Below, piece by piece: positions 40,931 to 51,326 of a stretch of 64,000 bases of DNA; the first letter of the stretch is position 1, and the number at the start of each line of letters is the position of its first letter. Position numbers and translations under genes: made by a program. The DNA is from Gemmatimonadota bacterium (GTDB taxonomy: Bacteria > Gemmatimonadota > Gemmatimonadetes > Gemmatimonadales > GWC2-71-9): positions 1 through 64,000 of the forward strand of contig JAZDCY010000046.1 of assembly GCA_036679645.1 (NCBI GenBank), given 5' to 3'. A model generated the notes under the pieces. It had not been told where the DNA came from. It saw only the letters and a list, made by a program, of their open reading frames with translations, and made no database searches.

Positions 40931-41881
40931 ATGGCAAACCTCCGCTGGCTCCCACTAACGCTCCTGGTACTTGCCGGCTGCCGTACTCAGCCACAGCCGG
41001 ATCCGCCCGGCAGCTTCGCCTTCGCGGTCTTTGGCGACGCGCCATATGCCGAGAGCGAGACATCGCTGGTCGAGCGGATGATCGACGAGGTGAACAGCGA
41101 CGACCTGGCCTTTTTCGTACACGTTGGGGATATCCTCGAGTATCCCTGCAGCGACTCGCTGCTGAACGAACGCTATCGGGCGCTGCAGCGGATCCGCGTT
41201 CCCGTGATCTACACACCGGGAGACAACGAGTGGACCGACTGCTGGCGCCGCAAGAGCGGTGGCCACGCACCACTCGAGCGACTGGCACGACTGCGAGGCG
41301 TGTTCTTCCCGAACCCCGCCAAGAGTTCTGGCGGACGTCGGATCGATCTCGCGACCCAGGCTCGTGACGTTGCGTACGCCGAGTTCCTGGAGAACGCCCG
41401 CTGGACCTATCGTGGGGTGGTGTTTGCCACGGTGCACGTTGTCGGGAGCTGGAACGGGACCCGCGACTTCCCCAATCGGACCGTCGTGGAGGACCGCGAG
41501 GTGGTCCGGCGGACGGCCGCGGCAATCGTGTGGGTGCGCGCTGCCTTCGCGACGGCCCGAACGATCGAAGCGCACGGCATCGTCATTGCGGCCCATGCCG
41601 ACCCACGATTCGATCTTCCGCCAGAGGAACGGCAGCCGTTCGACGCCTTCCTGAGCGTGCTGGAAGAAGAGTCCGTCTCGTTCGGCGGGCCGGTGCTGTT
41701 CGTCCACGGCGACACGCATCGACAGCGCGTGGACCGACCCTTCGAACGGGAGGCCGGCGCGTCGCCGGACTTCACCCGGCTCGAGACCTTCGGGTCGCCC
41801 GTGGTTGGATGGGTCCGCGTCGTGGTGGATACCGCCACGCCCGACCTGTTCCGCTTCCAGCCGAGACGGGTGGGAAGGTAG
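40931..41881 (+). CDS. Calcineurin-like metallophosphoesterase lipoprotein
   Basis: Lipobox LAGC; GDAPY, HVGD, PGDNEW.DC, VHGDTH. Confidence 0.82.
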   Translation: MANLRWLPLTLLVLAGCRTQPQPDPPGSFAFAVFGDAPYAESETSLVERMIDEVNSDDLAFFVHVGDILEYPCSDSLLNERYRALQRIRVPVIYTPGDNEWTDCWRRKSGGHAPLERLARLRGVFFPNPAKSSGGRRIDLATQARDVAYAEFLENARWTYRGVVFATVHVVGSWNGTRDFPNRTVVEDREVVRRTAAAIVWVRAAFATARTIEAHGIVIAAHADPRFDLPPEERQPFDAFLSVLEEESVSFGGPVLFVHGDTHRQRVDRPFEREAGASPDFTRLETFGSPVVGWVRVVVDTATPDLFRFQPRRVGR

Positions 41882-43381
41882 TCAGTCGGACGGCGTGGAG
41901 TCCTGCGACGTGCGGCTCGTCTCTAGCCACGCATCGACATGCGCGGTCGCGGGCGTACGCGTGGCAAGCGAGACGGCTACGTAGGTGACCACGTTGGCGA
42001 CGAGCCCCACGAGACCCTCGTGAATACCCAGCGGCCTCCACTCGGGTTGTAGCACGAGAATTCCCGTAACCCCCGCACCCACCAGGAGTCCCGCGACCGC
42101 CCCCGCAGCGGTCGCCCGTCGCCAGAGGAACGCCCCGTACACCGAGGGCGCGAGTTGCACCACAGCCCCGTACGCCAGCAGCAGGAGTTCGACGAGCGAT
42201 CGCCCGCTCGTGATGGCGATGATGTATCCCACAACCCCGACACCAACGGCCGTCCAACGGATGAGCGTCCGCCGACTGTGCGGCGAGAGTTGGCTGCCGA
42301 CCCCGCTGGCGTACACGTCCTCGACCGCGATCGATGCAGCGCCGTGCACGAGCGCGTCGCCGGTCGACATCGATGCGGCAAGTCCGCCGGCGCAGAACAA
42401 CCCCACGACGACCGCCGGCAACCCGGATGTGAGAATGATGTGCGGCATTACCGCGTCCGGAAACGGCGGCTGCGACGCGTACAGGACGCCGGCAAAGCCT
42501 ACGAGGAACAGCGGAAAGAGAAAGAGCTGAAACGTCGGAAACAGCACGATCATGCGACGGATCGTCGCGTCGTCCTTTGCGGCAAACGCCTTCATGAAGA
42601 GGTGCGGCCACATCATGAACCCGATTGCCGATACGAGAACGGCGGAGCTGAACGCGCCGGCCGACCACGCGTTGCCCGTAGCATCCAGTCCCGGGAGGAC
42701 GAGCATCTCGGGCCGTTGCGCGTCGATCAGCTCGAACATCGGGCCAATCCCGCCGTACAGCTTGAACGGGAGATAAAGACCCAGCGTCCAGGCAATCGCC
42801 ACCATGAAGACGCCCTGAAAGACGTTCGTCCAACCGACCCCCAACACACCGCTACGCCACACGTAGATCAGCACGACGGAGTACGCCGCAGCGGCGCCCG
42901 CCGCCCGCGGGATCCGGCCATCGGTGACCAGCTCGAGCACGATCCCCGCGCCACTCATCTGGAGCGCAACGTAGGGAATCATGGCGACGACGCTCACCGC
43001 ACCGGCCACCACCGCAACCCATCTGCTCTGATACCGGTGAGACAGCATCGACGCTTGTGTGACGTAGCCATGCTTCCGGCCCACCCGGGCGGCCCATGGA
43101 CCGAGCGCATAGTACGGCGCCATTCCCAACACACCGTAGGCGAGGATGTAGAACGCCGCCGCCCCCCGGCTGTACGTCCAGCCGGGTCCGCCCAAGAACG
43201 CAAATGCCGAGTAGATGCTCGCGCCGGTCACGAAGTACATCATGAGCGTGCCGAAATTCCGGTCGCCCGCAACGTAGCCGACCACGGAATCCGAACCGCG
43301 CGACCCAGCGCGCAGTCCGACGTACAGGGTCACCCCGAGATACGCCGCCACCACCGCCACCACGACGCGCCAGTCGGTCAT
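41882..43381 (-). CDS. Sodium:solute symporter family permease
   Basis: YSAFAFLGGPG..Y, GV.GVGWTNVFQG, LAASMST; about 13 TM segments. Confidence 0.9.
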   Translation of the reverse strand: MTDWRVVVAVVAAYLGVTLYVGLRAGSRGSDSVVGYVAGDRNFGTLMMYFVTGASIYSAFAFLGGPGWTYSRGAAAFYILAYGVLGMAPYYALGPWAARVGRKHGYVTQASMLSHRYQSRWVAVVAGAVSVVAMIPYVALQMSGAGIVLELVTDGRIPRAAGAAAAYSVVLIYVWRSGVLGVGWTNVFQGVFMVAIAWTLGLYLPFKLYGGIGPMFELIDAQRPEMLVLPGLDATGNAWSAGAFSSAVLVSAIGFMMWPHLFMKAFAAKDDATIRRMIVLFPTFQLFLFPLFLVGFAGVLYASQPPFPDAVMPHIILTSGLPAVVVGLFCAGGLAASMSTGDALVHGAASIAVEDVYASGVGSQLSPHSRRTLIRWTAVGVGVVGYIIAITSGRSLVELLLLAYGAVVQLAPSVYGAFLWRRATAAGAVAGLLVGAGVTGILVLQPEWRPLGIHEGLVGLVANVVTYVAVSLATRTPATAHVDAWLETSRTSQDSTPSD

Positions 43382-43605
43382 CGCCGGCCGCTTTTGTGCA
43401 GGAAAAGGAAAACGGCCAAGGAGCCGACGATCCACATGATGTACCAGGCAAAGACGAACGGTAGCCCAAGCACGAACGGTCGCGCGTGGTTAAACGGGAT
43501 GACGCCGGGAAACGTCACCGCGACGGTCATCGCGATGAAGTAGAGCACAGCGACCCACCTTGCGAGGCGGCTAGGAGCAGATCGCGACGTTTCGGCGGAA
43601 GACAT
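43378..43605 (-). CDS. Small two-TM symporter accessory protein (DUF3311-like)
   Basis: PFVLGLPF..AW...W; overlaps the symporter start. Confidence 0.75.
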   Translation of the reverse strand: MSSAETSRSAPSRLARWVAVLYFIAMTVAVTFPGVIPFNHARPFVLGLPFVFAWYIMWIVGSLAVFLFLHKSGRR

Positions 43606-43690
43606 GGCCGCCGAAGATAGGGCGAGTTTGGGTTGTCGGCTAGTAAGAGCGCTGCACGGAGAGGGGAGGCAGCCACTTCTCGAGGTGAGC

Positions 43691-43726
43691 CGCGCGTAGC
43701 GCGCCGAGCCGGGGCTTCAGCCCCGG
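43691..43726. repeat. Twin palindromes (REP-like)
   Basis: CGCGC-GTA-GCGCG followed by CCGGGGCT-TC-AGCCCCGG. Confidence 0.5.
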
Positions 43727-44754
43727 AACTGCTTGCTCGGCTCCTGCTCGGTACTTGGTAGAGCGCTCACGCACCCTCCCCCTCCCCCGCCCCAGCCCTG
43801 ATCGAGGCGCTGCACGCGGGGTCCCTCGCGGGACAGGCGACTGATGAACCGCCGAACGCGCTGAAACGCCTGATCGCTGGAATCGATCATGCGCTCGACA
43901 GCGGTCTGGTGGGTCCGGTTCGCGAGTACCACGAGGTCGGCATCGACCTGACAGGCACGTGCCGCCCCAACGAATGTGGCCGCGTCGGCGAGCATCGGGG
44001 GTTTGAAACGCTCGGCGTCGGCGATGAGAATGAGGAATGGTGGCAGGTACGGTCCCATGTGCGCCATCGGCAAGTAGCTCCGCAACGCGGCAAGATTCTC
44101 CAGACGCGACCCGAACGAATCCTGCCGGAACGAGCGTTCGATGCGCCGGGCCGATAGACGTGAGACATCCGGCGGACGGTCGTTGAGTCGGCACCCCATC
44201 GCAACAACACCGAACACATCCTTGGTCGAGAGATGGTGCGGCATCAGATACCGTGGATCGGATCCGACGAGACTCGCGAGCAGACACCCCGAGCTGTGTC
44301 CCACAATCGCGATCTCGTTGGCGTCGCCGCCGCGTGTGCCGATGTTGCCGCGCAGCCACGCGAACGCCGCGGCGATGTCCTCTGCCGGTTTGGGCCACGT
44401 GACCGACGGGAAGAGTCGATAGCTCGTTACAGCGCACGCCACGCCCGACGCGGCGAATGTCGCGCACATCTTGGCCCAGGGAGCGTCCTTCCGGTCACCA
44501 TGCGCCATGCTACCGCCATGGACGAACAGGACCGTCGGGAATCCTGAGCCGGGGGGCAGGTAGAGATCGAGCTGCTGCTTGTGAGCACCGGCGGAGACGT
44601 AGGGGATATCCAACTCGGTGCGGCGCTGGAGCGTGGCGGCGCGGAGCGAAGTGGCGAGCAGCATGGATATGCAGGCCGCAAGAACTGTCGTACGACCCAG
44701 GACACCGTTACCGTGCCACTTCAAACAGCTCATCGGAGTAGTCTCATCCAACAC
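43717..44754 (-). CDS. Alpha/beta hydrolase (esterase, BD-FAE-like), probably exported
   Basis: QQLDLYLP, FVHGG, YRL.P, nucleophile elbow GHSSG; start uncertain. Confidence 0.82.
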   Translation of the reverse strand: MLDETTPMSCLKWHGNGVLGRTTVLAACISMLLATSLRAATLQRRTELDIPYVSAGAHKQQLDLYLPPGSGFPTVLFVHGGSMAHGDRKDAPWAKMCATFAASGVACAVTSYRLFPSVTWPKPAEDIAAAFAWLRGNIGTRGGDANEIAIVGHSSGCLLASLVGSDPRYLMPHHLSTKDVFGVVAMGCRLNDRPPDVSRLSARRIERSFRQDSFGSRLENLAALRSYLPMAHMGPYLPPFLILIADAERFKPPMLADAATFVGAARACQVDADLVVLANRTHQTAVERMIDSSDQAFQRVRRFISRLSREGPRVQRLDQGWGGGGGGCVSALPSTEQEPSKQFRG

Positions 44755-44783
44755 CGCCGACCGTCCCTCGTTCCCTCTTCTTG

Positions 44784-44814
44784 TTGGACGCCCCGATGGA
44801 TCTGAAGGGTTGCA
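44784..44814 (-). promoter_or_regulatory. Candidate ECF-sigma promoter
   Basis: TGCAAC-N18-CGTCCAA upstream of the esterase gene. Confidence 0.4.
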
Positions 44815-44820
44815 CCTCCG

Positions 44821-45507
44821 CTAGTACATGGCTCCCAGCGCCCACGCGGCAGCCCGCCTGACACTCGGGTCGACGTCAGTCCGCAGGAGACCCGTAAGGG
44901 GAGCGATCGCCTCGCGTGACTCGATGCGCCCGAGGGCCCACGCCAGCGTAGCACGGATTCGCGGACTCGGGTCGTCGAGCGCGTCGATCAACGGACGGGC
45001 CGTCTCACGATCTTCGGCGAACCCCAAACCCAGGGCTGCCAGCTCGCGGGTCCGCGCACTCGAACTGCGCAGGGCTCCAAGCAGGCTTTCTTTGGCCTGG
45101 TCCGTCCGCATGTGACCCAGCAGGCGTGCCGCGACCCGGCGGACACACGTGTCCCCGTCATCGAGGGCCGCGCGCAGCGGTGCGACGGCTTCCGGGTCGG
45201 CAATGCGCTGGGTCGCCCAGCGCACTAGCTCTTTCGTCTCGATGGCGCCGTCGGGGACGACCTCAACCCGTCGCCATCCGAACTGGAGGTCGAGCGTCTG
45301 CAATCCGAACTCACATTGCAACGCGTTGGCCCCACGGACACCGTCGAGGAACGCGCGCACCTGCAACGTGTCGGGCAGTGCCGCGCTACCGGTGACCATG
45401 CCGCCCTGTACTTCGACCGGCTGCACCTCCGTCGCACCCTCACCGATCATCATCAGCGGCACGGCGACCAGGACGGCAGCCGCCCCTATCAGAACGCCGC
45501 GCGACAT
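44821..45507 (-). CDS. Membrane-anchored or exported HEAT-repeat protein
   Basis: Hydrophobic N-terminus, then about 4 HEAT/PBS-lyase repeats (L.D.D..VR..AA..LG). Confidence 0.82.
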   Translation of the reverse strand: MSRGVLIGAAAVLVAVPLMMIGEGATEVQPVEVQGGMVTGSAALPDTLQVRAFLDGVRGANALQCEFGLQTLDLQFGWRRVEVVPDGAIETKELVRWATQRIADPEAVAPLRAALDDGDTCVRRVAARLLGHMRTDQAKESLLGALRSSSARTRELAALGLGFAEDRETARPLIDALDDPSPRIRATLAWALGRIESREAIAPLTGLLRTDVDPSVRRAAAWALGAMY

Positions 45508-48059
45508 CAGTTCCTCCGACCCAGCGCGCGGGCCGCGAGGCGGCGAACCTCAGGATCTTCGTCCTGAAGCGCCGCGACCAGCACCTCGTACGACGCGGGA
45601 TCATGAATCTCACCGAGCGCGCGGATAGCGGCGCGGCGGATCTCGGTCATTTCGTCGCGCAACATCGGTTGAATCGCGGACACGGTCGCCGGGTCCTCGA
45701 TTTCCGCCAACGCGCGCAACACACGAAGGCGTACCTGGGCATCCGAGTCCTGCAACGCGCGAACCAGCTCGGCGGGCGCGTGGTTCAGCTCGTCGAGATC
45801 GGAGAACGCATAGGCTGCACGTCTCCTTACCTCGACACTCGCATCCGAAAGCGCGGCAGCGAGGGCGGGTGCGGCGCGACGGTCTTCGATTTCCCCCAGC
45901 GCCGACGCGGCGACAGCGCGTACGTCGGCGTCCGCATCGTTGCGGAGCACGTTGGCGAGCGACTCGACCGCGCGGGCATCCTCGATCTCACCAAGGGCGT
46001 ACGCCGCATACTTACGGATCTCGGCGTCCTGATCGCTCAACACGGCCAGCAGCGGCTGCACGGCGCGCGTATCTTCAATCTCCGCAAGGGCGCGAACGAC
46101 CCGAATGCGCACGTCACGATCGGAATCACTGAGCGCCGCCGTGAGCGGTTCTACGGCGCGGCTGTCCTCGATCTCACCGAGCGCCCAAGCCGCCAACTGC
46201 CTGATACGGGGGTCGGGATCGCTCTGGAGAACCGGCGCCAGCATGTCGATCGCACGTGCATCTTCGATCTCACCCAACGCACGAATGGCTTCCGCTCGAA
46301 TCTCGGCACTCGAATCGGACAGGGCGGGACGGAGCGGCTCAATTGCCCGCGGGTCCTCGATCTCACCCAACGCTTCAATCGCCGCCTTGCGTACGGCAGG
46401 CTCGGTGTCGTTAGCCACTGCATCGCCGAGCGCGCCGACTGCTGCCGCGTCCTCGATCTCACCCAACGCCGACGCCGCCATGGCACGAACCGCCGGGTCG
46501 TCATCACTGCTAAGGGCCTGCGACAACGCCGGGATCGCCAGCGGGTTTTCCATCTCTCCAAGAGCCCACGCAGCGGTACGTCGCACCGTGGGATCGGGAT
46601 CCTCGCCCAACGCGCGCGCCAACGCGCGCAGCGCTGTCGTGTCTTGATAGGTCGCCAGCGATCGCGCGGCGGCTTTGCGGACGTCGGCATCAGGGTCGCG
46701 CAGGGTCGCGACCAGCGCGGCGACTGGCGAGGCAGGCGTTTGGAAACGCGGACGCGCGGGGCTGGTCGGGTCGAGCACAATCGCCACCCCCTCGTCCGAG
46801 GCGGCCGTCCGTATCTCGGCCGGCCCCTGGGCTACGCCCTGCCGACTGGCAACGCTATCGATAGACGGCACTCGCAGTGCAGACGCTTCGTCCGCGTTGG
46901 CGTCTGCCGAGCCCACCGGTGCAGGAGGCGACGCATACAAGGCGGTCTGCGCAAACACCGTCGCGTGGTTCGCCGCGCCGGGCGCCAGCGCCGCAAGCGG
47001 AATCACCGTTACCGTCACCATTGCCACTATGGTCGCCGATGCGGCTCGTGTCACGGCTCGCGGACGTCCGGTCGACTCCAGAATCGCAAGTAGCCGACCC
47101 TCGAACTCCGAACGGCGCGCCATCGGCAATGCTACAGCAGGCGTCCACCGACGCGCCGCCGAGCGAACGATCGACAACAGATGCTCCGCATAATCGGACG
47201 CGCGCGTTCCGGTCCCCAGAACCAGATCATCACACGCGCGCTCGCACTCCGCCCGGAGCCGACGCGCGGCCATCCAAACCAGCGGATGGAACCAGTAGGT
47301 CGCACACGCAACCTGCGCGACGACATGCGCCAGCACGTCGCGGCGACGAATGTGCGCGAGCTCATGTAAGAGCACCGCATGCCGCCGCTCCGCGTCCCAC
47401 TCGTTGCTCGATTCAGGCAAGACGATCACGTGCCGGACGACGCCCGCCGTGAACGGCATCGCCGCCGAATCACTGACAACCAAACGGACCGGACGGTCGA
47501 CGCCGAGCTCAGTCTTGGCACGCGCCAGCGCGTCCAGCCACGCAGGGTCGCGAGAGCTTTCGGCTCGCCGTGCGATCACTTGGATCGCGGCGACACCGAT
47601 CACGAGCCGCAACAGCAGCACCGCAACACCGATTAGCCACAGCGTCGGCAGCAACGCGATGAGCGTCGCCGCGCTGGGCCACGAAAGACCGCGTTCCAGC
47701 TCGACGGGACTGGCCTGAGCCGAAGCATCTGGGCGAGATACGGCCGCACGACTCGCAACCGGTGACGCGATCGGTCGTGTCTGATCAAGTGCCGGCAGGA
47801 GGGGATCATCGGAGACCACGGCCAGATCGATCGCGGTCACCGATGCCACCGGGGCAGCTGCCGCCGGTAGGACGGACAGCCGCCAGGGCATCGTGTTGGA
47901 TAGGAACGGAAGCGCCAAGACACCGGCCAAGCCGACAGCCCAGGCGAGGTGGCGTGTGGCGGCCGGGGCGCGCTTGAGCACATATGCGAGCGCAAAAACG
48001 ACGAGCAGCAGCGCGGTGCCCTTGAGGACCGCGTCAGCAATCAAACCGAGTGACATCAT
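45507..48059 (-). CDS. BlaR1-like M56 metallopeptidase fused to about 12 HEAT repeats
   Basis: TM segments, HELAHIRRRD, YWFHPLVW, ERACDD, then ~31-aa ALGEIEDxRA repeats. Confidence 0.92.
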   Translation of the reverse strand: MMSLGLIADAVLKGTALLLVVFALAYVLKRAPAATRHLAWAVGLAGVLALPFLSNTMPWRLSVLPAAAAPVASVTAIDLAVVSDDPLLPALDQTRPIASPVASRAAVSRPDASAQASPVELERGLSWPSAATLIALLPTLWLIGVAVLLLRLVIGVAAIQVIARRAESSRDPAWLDALARAKTELGVDRPVRLVVSDSAAMPFTAGVVRHVIVLPESSNEWDAERRHAVLLHELAHIRRRDVLAHVVAQVACATYWFHPLVWMAARRLRAECERACDDLVLGTGTRASDYAEHLLSIVRSAARRWTPAVALPMARRSEFEGRLLAILESTGRPRAVTRAASATIVAMVTVTVIPLAALAPGAANHATVFAQTALYASPPAPVGSADANADEASALRVPSIDSVASRQGVAQGPAEIRTAASDEGVAIVLDPTSPARPRFQTPASPVAALVATLRDPDADVRKAAARSLATYQDTTALRALARALGEDPDPTVRRTAAWALGEMENPLAIPALSQALSSDDDPAVRAMAASALGEIEDAAAVGALGDAVANDTEPAVRKAAIEALGEIEDPRAIEPLRPALSDSSAEIRAEAIRALGEIEDARAIDMLAPVLQSDPDPRIRQLAAWALGEIEDSRAVEPLTAALSDSDRDVRIRVVRALAEIEDTRAVQPLLAVLSDQDAEIRKYAAYALGEIEDARAVESLANVLRNDADADVRAVAASALGEIEDRRAAPALAAALSDASVEVRRRAAYAFSDLDELNHAPAELVRALQDSDAQVRLRVLRALAEIEDPATVSAIQPMLRDEMTEIRRAAIRALGEIHDPASYEVLVAALQDEDPEVRRLAARALGRRN

Positions 48060-48436
48060 CTGCCTTCCTTCCTCGCCAGCCGAATCCGTTCCGCGAGCGC
48101 ATCCAGACGCGTCTGCGGGATTCCGGCATCAGTCATCTGCACCAATGCGAGCGCCGCGCGCTCGGGCGACCCGTCAAAAAACGTCTCAACGAGATGTTCC
48201 ATGGCGGAACTCCGCGCGCTCTCGGTCGAAACCGATGGGAGATACACGTAACGCGGGCCGTCCTGTTGATGCGTGAGAAACCCCTTGTTCTCGAGCTTGC
48301 CGAGCATTGCCCGGACAGTCGAGTAGCTAGGTGGGTCGGGGAGCTCGGCAAGTACCTCGTTGACCGTCGCCCTGCCGAGCCGATAGACGGCATCCATGAG
48401 CTGTCGCTCACGGCGCCCCAGATCCATTGGGTTCAT
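48056..48436 (-). CDS. BlaI/MecI/CopY family repressor
   Basis: LGRRERQLMDAVY, SYSTVR..L..LE.KG, ETFFDGS; overlaps the M56 start. Confidence 0.93.
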   Translation of the reverse strand: MNPMDLGRRERQLMDAVYRLGRATVNEVLAELPDPPSYSTVRAMLGKLENKGFLTHQQDGPRYVYLPSVSTESARSSAMEHLVETFFDGSPERAALALVQMTDAGIPQTRLDALAERIRLARKEGR

Positions 48437-48451
48437 CGTACCTCCGAGAAA

Positions 48452-48486
48452 TGCTACTGGAGTAGCAGTGTGCTACTACAGTAGCA
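48452..48486. promoter_or_regulatory. Two perfect palindromic operators TGCTACT-NN-AGTAGCA
   Basis: Copies at 48452-48467 and 48471-48486, immediately upstream of the repressor gene. Confidence 0.88.
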
Positions 48487-48506
48487 TCGCGGGCCGGGCC
48501 CGTCAA
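48478..48506 (-). promoter_or_regulatory. Sigma70-type promoter of the BlaI-M56 operon
   Basis: TTGACG-N17-TACTGT with an extended TG; the -10 lies inside the distal operator. Confidence 0.7.
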
Positions 48507-48627
48507 CCCTGTCCCGCGAACCCCGCCCGCGGCGGGCGGGCGTCTCCGACGCATCTCCCGTGATGAAAGCGACTTACACCACTTTACAAACCGACGTTGC
48601 CGGGTGATTCTCCGAGTGGAGGCAGCC

Positions 48628-50034
48628 ATGGCGACGACTGTGAAGGATACGCGCATGGAGCGCGACAGCATTGGCGAGATCGAGGTTCCGGCGGACCGTT
48701 ATTGGGGTGCTCAGACCGCGCGCTCGCTGATTCACTTCGCCATCGGCCGCGACCAGATGCCGAGCGAGGTGATCCGGGGGTTCGGCGTCCTGAAGAAGGC
48801 TGCAGCACAGGTAAACCAGGATCTCGGCAAGCTCGATGCGGAGGTTACGGATCTCATCGTGCGCGCGGCGGACGAGGTGATTGCGGGCGATCTGGACGAC
48901 CACTTCCCGCTCTTCGTCTGGCAGACCGGTAGCGGTACCCAGACGAACATGAACGCGAACGAGGTGATCGCGAATCGCGCCGTCGAGCTTGCTGGCGGCG
49001 TGATGGGCAGCAAGGATCCGGTGCACCCCAACGATCACGTCAACCGCTCGCAGTCATCAAACGACACGTTTCCCACGGTGATGCACATTGCCGCGGCCAC
49101 GCTGCTCGCCGACCGAGTTCTCCCTGCCGTGCAGGCGTTACGAGATGCCCTCGCTGTAAAGCAGGGCGAATTCGAAAACATCGTGAAGATTGGCCGCACG
49201 CATCTTCAGGATGCGGTGCCGCTCACGTTGGGTCAGGAGTTCTCAGGGTATGTGGCGCAACTCGACGCCAATCTGGCACGGTTGGAGAGCGTGCTGCCGG
49301 ACCTCTACCGCCTCGCGATCGGTGGCACGGCCGTTGGCACCGGCTTGAACGCGCCGGCCGGTTTCGCCGAGCAGTGCGCGGCGAAGATCGCGGACCTCAC
49401 CAACCACCCGTTCACCTCGGCCCCGAACAAGTTCGCCGAGTTGGCCGCACACGATGCGATCGTGATGGCGAGCAGCGCGCTGCGCGTGTTGGCTGCATCG
49501 CTCATGAAGATCGCGAACGACATTCGCTGGGCCGGCTCGGGCCCCCGCTCGGGATTGGGTGAGCTGCTCCTACCCGCCAACGAGCCTGGTTCCTCGATCA
49601 TGCCGGGCAAGGTGAACCCTACGCAGTGCGAAGCGATGACGATGGTCGCGGTCCAAGTGATGGGGAACGATGCGGCAATCGGCTTCGCCGGCTCGCAAGG
49701 CAACTTCGAGCTGAACGTGTTCAAGCCCGTGATGATCTTCAACCTGGTCAACTCGGCGCTGCTCCTGAGCGACTCCTGCGATTCGTTCCGGACGCACCTG
49801 GTAGAAGGGCTCCGGGCCAACGAGAAGCAGATCGGCGAGCACGTACGGAACTCGCTCATGCTCGTCACGGCGCTTGCGCCAAGAATCGGCTACGACAAGG
49901 CCGCTGAGATTGCGAAGAAGGCGGAGAAAGAGGAAACGACGTTGCGCGAAGCGGCGCTCGCGCTGGGGTATCTCACTGAAGAGGAATTCGACGAGGCGAT
50001 TCAGCCGAGTAAGATGGCCCACCCCCACACCTAA
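48628..50034 (+). CDS. fumC: Class II fumarate hydratase
   Basis: [46 protein letters not shown]. Confidence 0.97.
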   Translation: MATTVKDTRMERDSIGEIEVPADRYWGAQTARSLIHFAIGRDQMPSEVIRGFGVLKKAAAQVNQDLGKLDAEVTDLIVRAADEVIAGDLDDHFPLFVWQTGSGTQTNMNANEVIANRAVELAGGVMGSKDPVHPNDHVNRSQSSNDTFPTVMHIAAATLLADRVLPAVQALRDALAVKQGEFENIVKIGRTHLQDAVPLTLGQEFSGYVAQLDANLARLESVLPDLYRLAIGGTAVGTGLNAPAGFAEQCAAKIADLTNHPFTSAPNKFAELAAHDAIVMASSALRVLAASLMKIANDIRWAGSGPRSGLGELLLPANEPGSSIMPGKVNPTQCEAMTMVAVQVMGNDAAIGFAGSQGNFELNVFKPVMIFNLVNSALLLSDSCDSFRTHLVEGLRANEKQIGEHVRNSLMLVTALAPRIGYDKAAEIAKKAEKEETTLREAALALGYLTEEEFDEAIQPSKMAHPHT

Positions 50035-50522
50035 CGCTGGTCGCAACTCACACGAGCAAACGCGAACTCGATGGACCTGGTTTCCTCCCCTCGAACCCCG
50101 GAGACCCCAGCAATAAGAGAGTCCGGCCCGGCGCGACGGTAGGCAATCTCCTGAGGAAAGTCGTGTTGGGGATCTGTGAACATCACCGTGGAATCGGTCA
50201 CTACCACCGACGCGAACCGATTCATCGCTTGCCCTGACGGATGTGCCTCGTACACGAGCCGACCATCCCGTTCGAAGACCCGAAGAAACTCGTACTCAAC
50301 CGTCTCTCGACCACGCACCGTTTGGCTGGTCCCCACCATCATCCCGCCGCGCGGAGCGCCCCAGCGCTCTTCGGTGACAAGCGAACCGCGCGCGCGTTCC
50401 CAGCATCCCGCAAACCACGACACCTGATCGATGGTGTGGGACGTGTCCTGACCTTCCACTACGCCACGCCCACCTAGTAGGGCAGCTAGGACGATACTAA
50501 CCGCGCCGGGCCGAAGAATCAT
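50031..50522 (-). CDS. Exported DUF6265-like protein
   Basis: Signal peptide; W.AGCW, EERW..P.GG.M.G, AHPSGQ, P.HDFPQ.I.Y. Confidence 0.72.
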   Translation of the reverse strand: MILRPGAVSIVLAALLGGRGVVEGQDTSHTIDQVSWFAGCWERARGSLVTEERWGAPRGGMMVGTSQTVRGRETVEYEFLRVFERDGRLVYEAHPSGQAMNRFASVVVTDSTVMFTDPQHDFPQEIAYRRAGPDSLIAGVSGVRGEETRSIEFAFARVSCDQR

Positions 50523-50652
50523 GTGTCCCTCCGAAAACATACGGTCGTACCCACCTCTTGATTCCAATTCTGCTGAAATGTGGCGCCGCGGCACCCCCTG
50601 TCACCAGCCCCACCGTTTCCCACGCACGACATCAAAGCTATGAGGTTGATAG

Positions 50653-50670
50653 TAAACGAATGTTCATTTA
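50653..50670. promoter_or_regulatory. Candidate TetR operator in its own promoter spacer
   Basis: TAAACGAA-TG-TTCATTTA near-palindrome between TTGATA (50646) and a TATATA-like -10, ending 10 nt before the ATG. Confidence 0.65.
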
Positions 50671-50680
50671 TATATGGATC

Positions 50681-51310
50681 ATGTCACCGCGACCCAGATC
50701 GATATCCGACAAGCAAATCCTGGAAGCGGCAGAACGCGCCCTCCAACAGATCGGGCCGGCCAGCCTCTCACTGGCAGACATCGGCCGCGAAGCCGGGTTG
50801 GCCCCAGCGACACTGCTGCAACGTTTCGGATCGAAACGCAATCTCCTGCTCAGATTGCTCGAACGAGAAGATGAGGTGAAGGGCCGCACCCTGGAAGCGC
50901 GGACCAGAAGCCGGACGACGCTAGGCGCCGTCTTTCGGCTCCTCGAGGGCCTGGCGGACCGGGCCCAGACGGCCGAGGGCCTGGCGCACCGGCTCGCCTT
51001 TCTCCAGATGGATCTCTCGGACACCGAGTTTCGGCAGCGGGCGCTCCAGCAGGCCCGCGCAACTCGGAGCGCGCTACGGGAACTCCTGAACGAGGCCGTC
51101 GCCCATGGAGAACTGCGGCCCTGCAACACCCGCCAGCTCGCCAAGGCCGCGCACGCGATTGCCGGCGGCGCGCTCGCGCTCTGGGCCGTGCACCGCGAGG
51201 GACAGGCGCGACGCGCCGTCCGTACGAGCCTCACGACGCTGCTCGACCCCTACCGCAGACGCAAACGACGCCGCACGAAGAGGATCGCACGGCGTCGCAA
51301 GGCCAGATGA
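50681..51310 (+). CDS. TetR/AcrR family regulator with basic tail
   Basis: PRPRSISD.QILEAA, SLADIG.EAGLAPATLLQRFGSKR. Confidence 0.88.
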   Translation: MSPRPRSISDKQILEAAERALQQIGPASLSLADIGREAGLAPATLLQRFGSKRNLLLRLLEREDEVKGRTLEARTRSRTTLGAVFRLLEGLADRAQTAEGLAHRLAFLQMDLSDTEFRQRALQQARATRSALRELLNEAVAHGELRPCNTRQLAKAAHAIAGGALALWAVHREGQARRAVRTSLTTLLDPYRRRKRRRTKRIARRRKAR

Positions 51311-51326
51311 GAGGCCCCGCCCCACC

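Noticed and set aside
45510..46720. CRISPR-like periodic DNA repeat (TCGATCTCACC every ~93-96 bp)
   Set aside because: The periodicity is the coding HEAT repeat (GEIED) inside an intact ORF.
44821..48436. Beta-lactam resistance locus
   Set aside because: No penicillin-binding sensor domain and no beta-lactamase or PBP gene.
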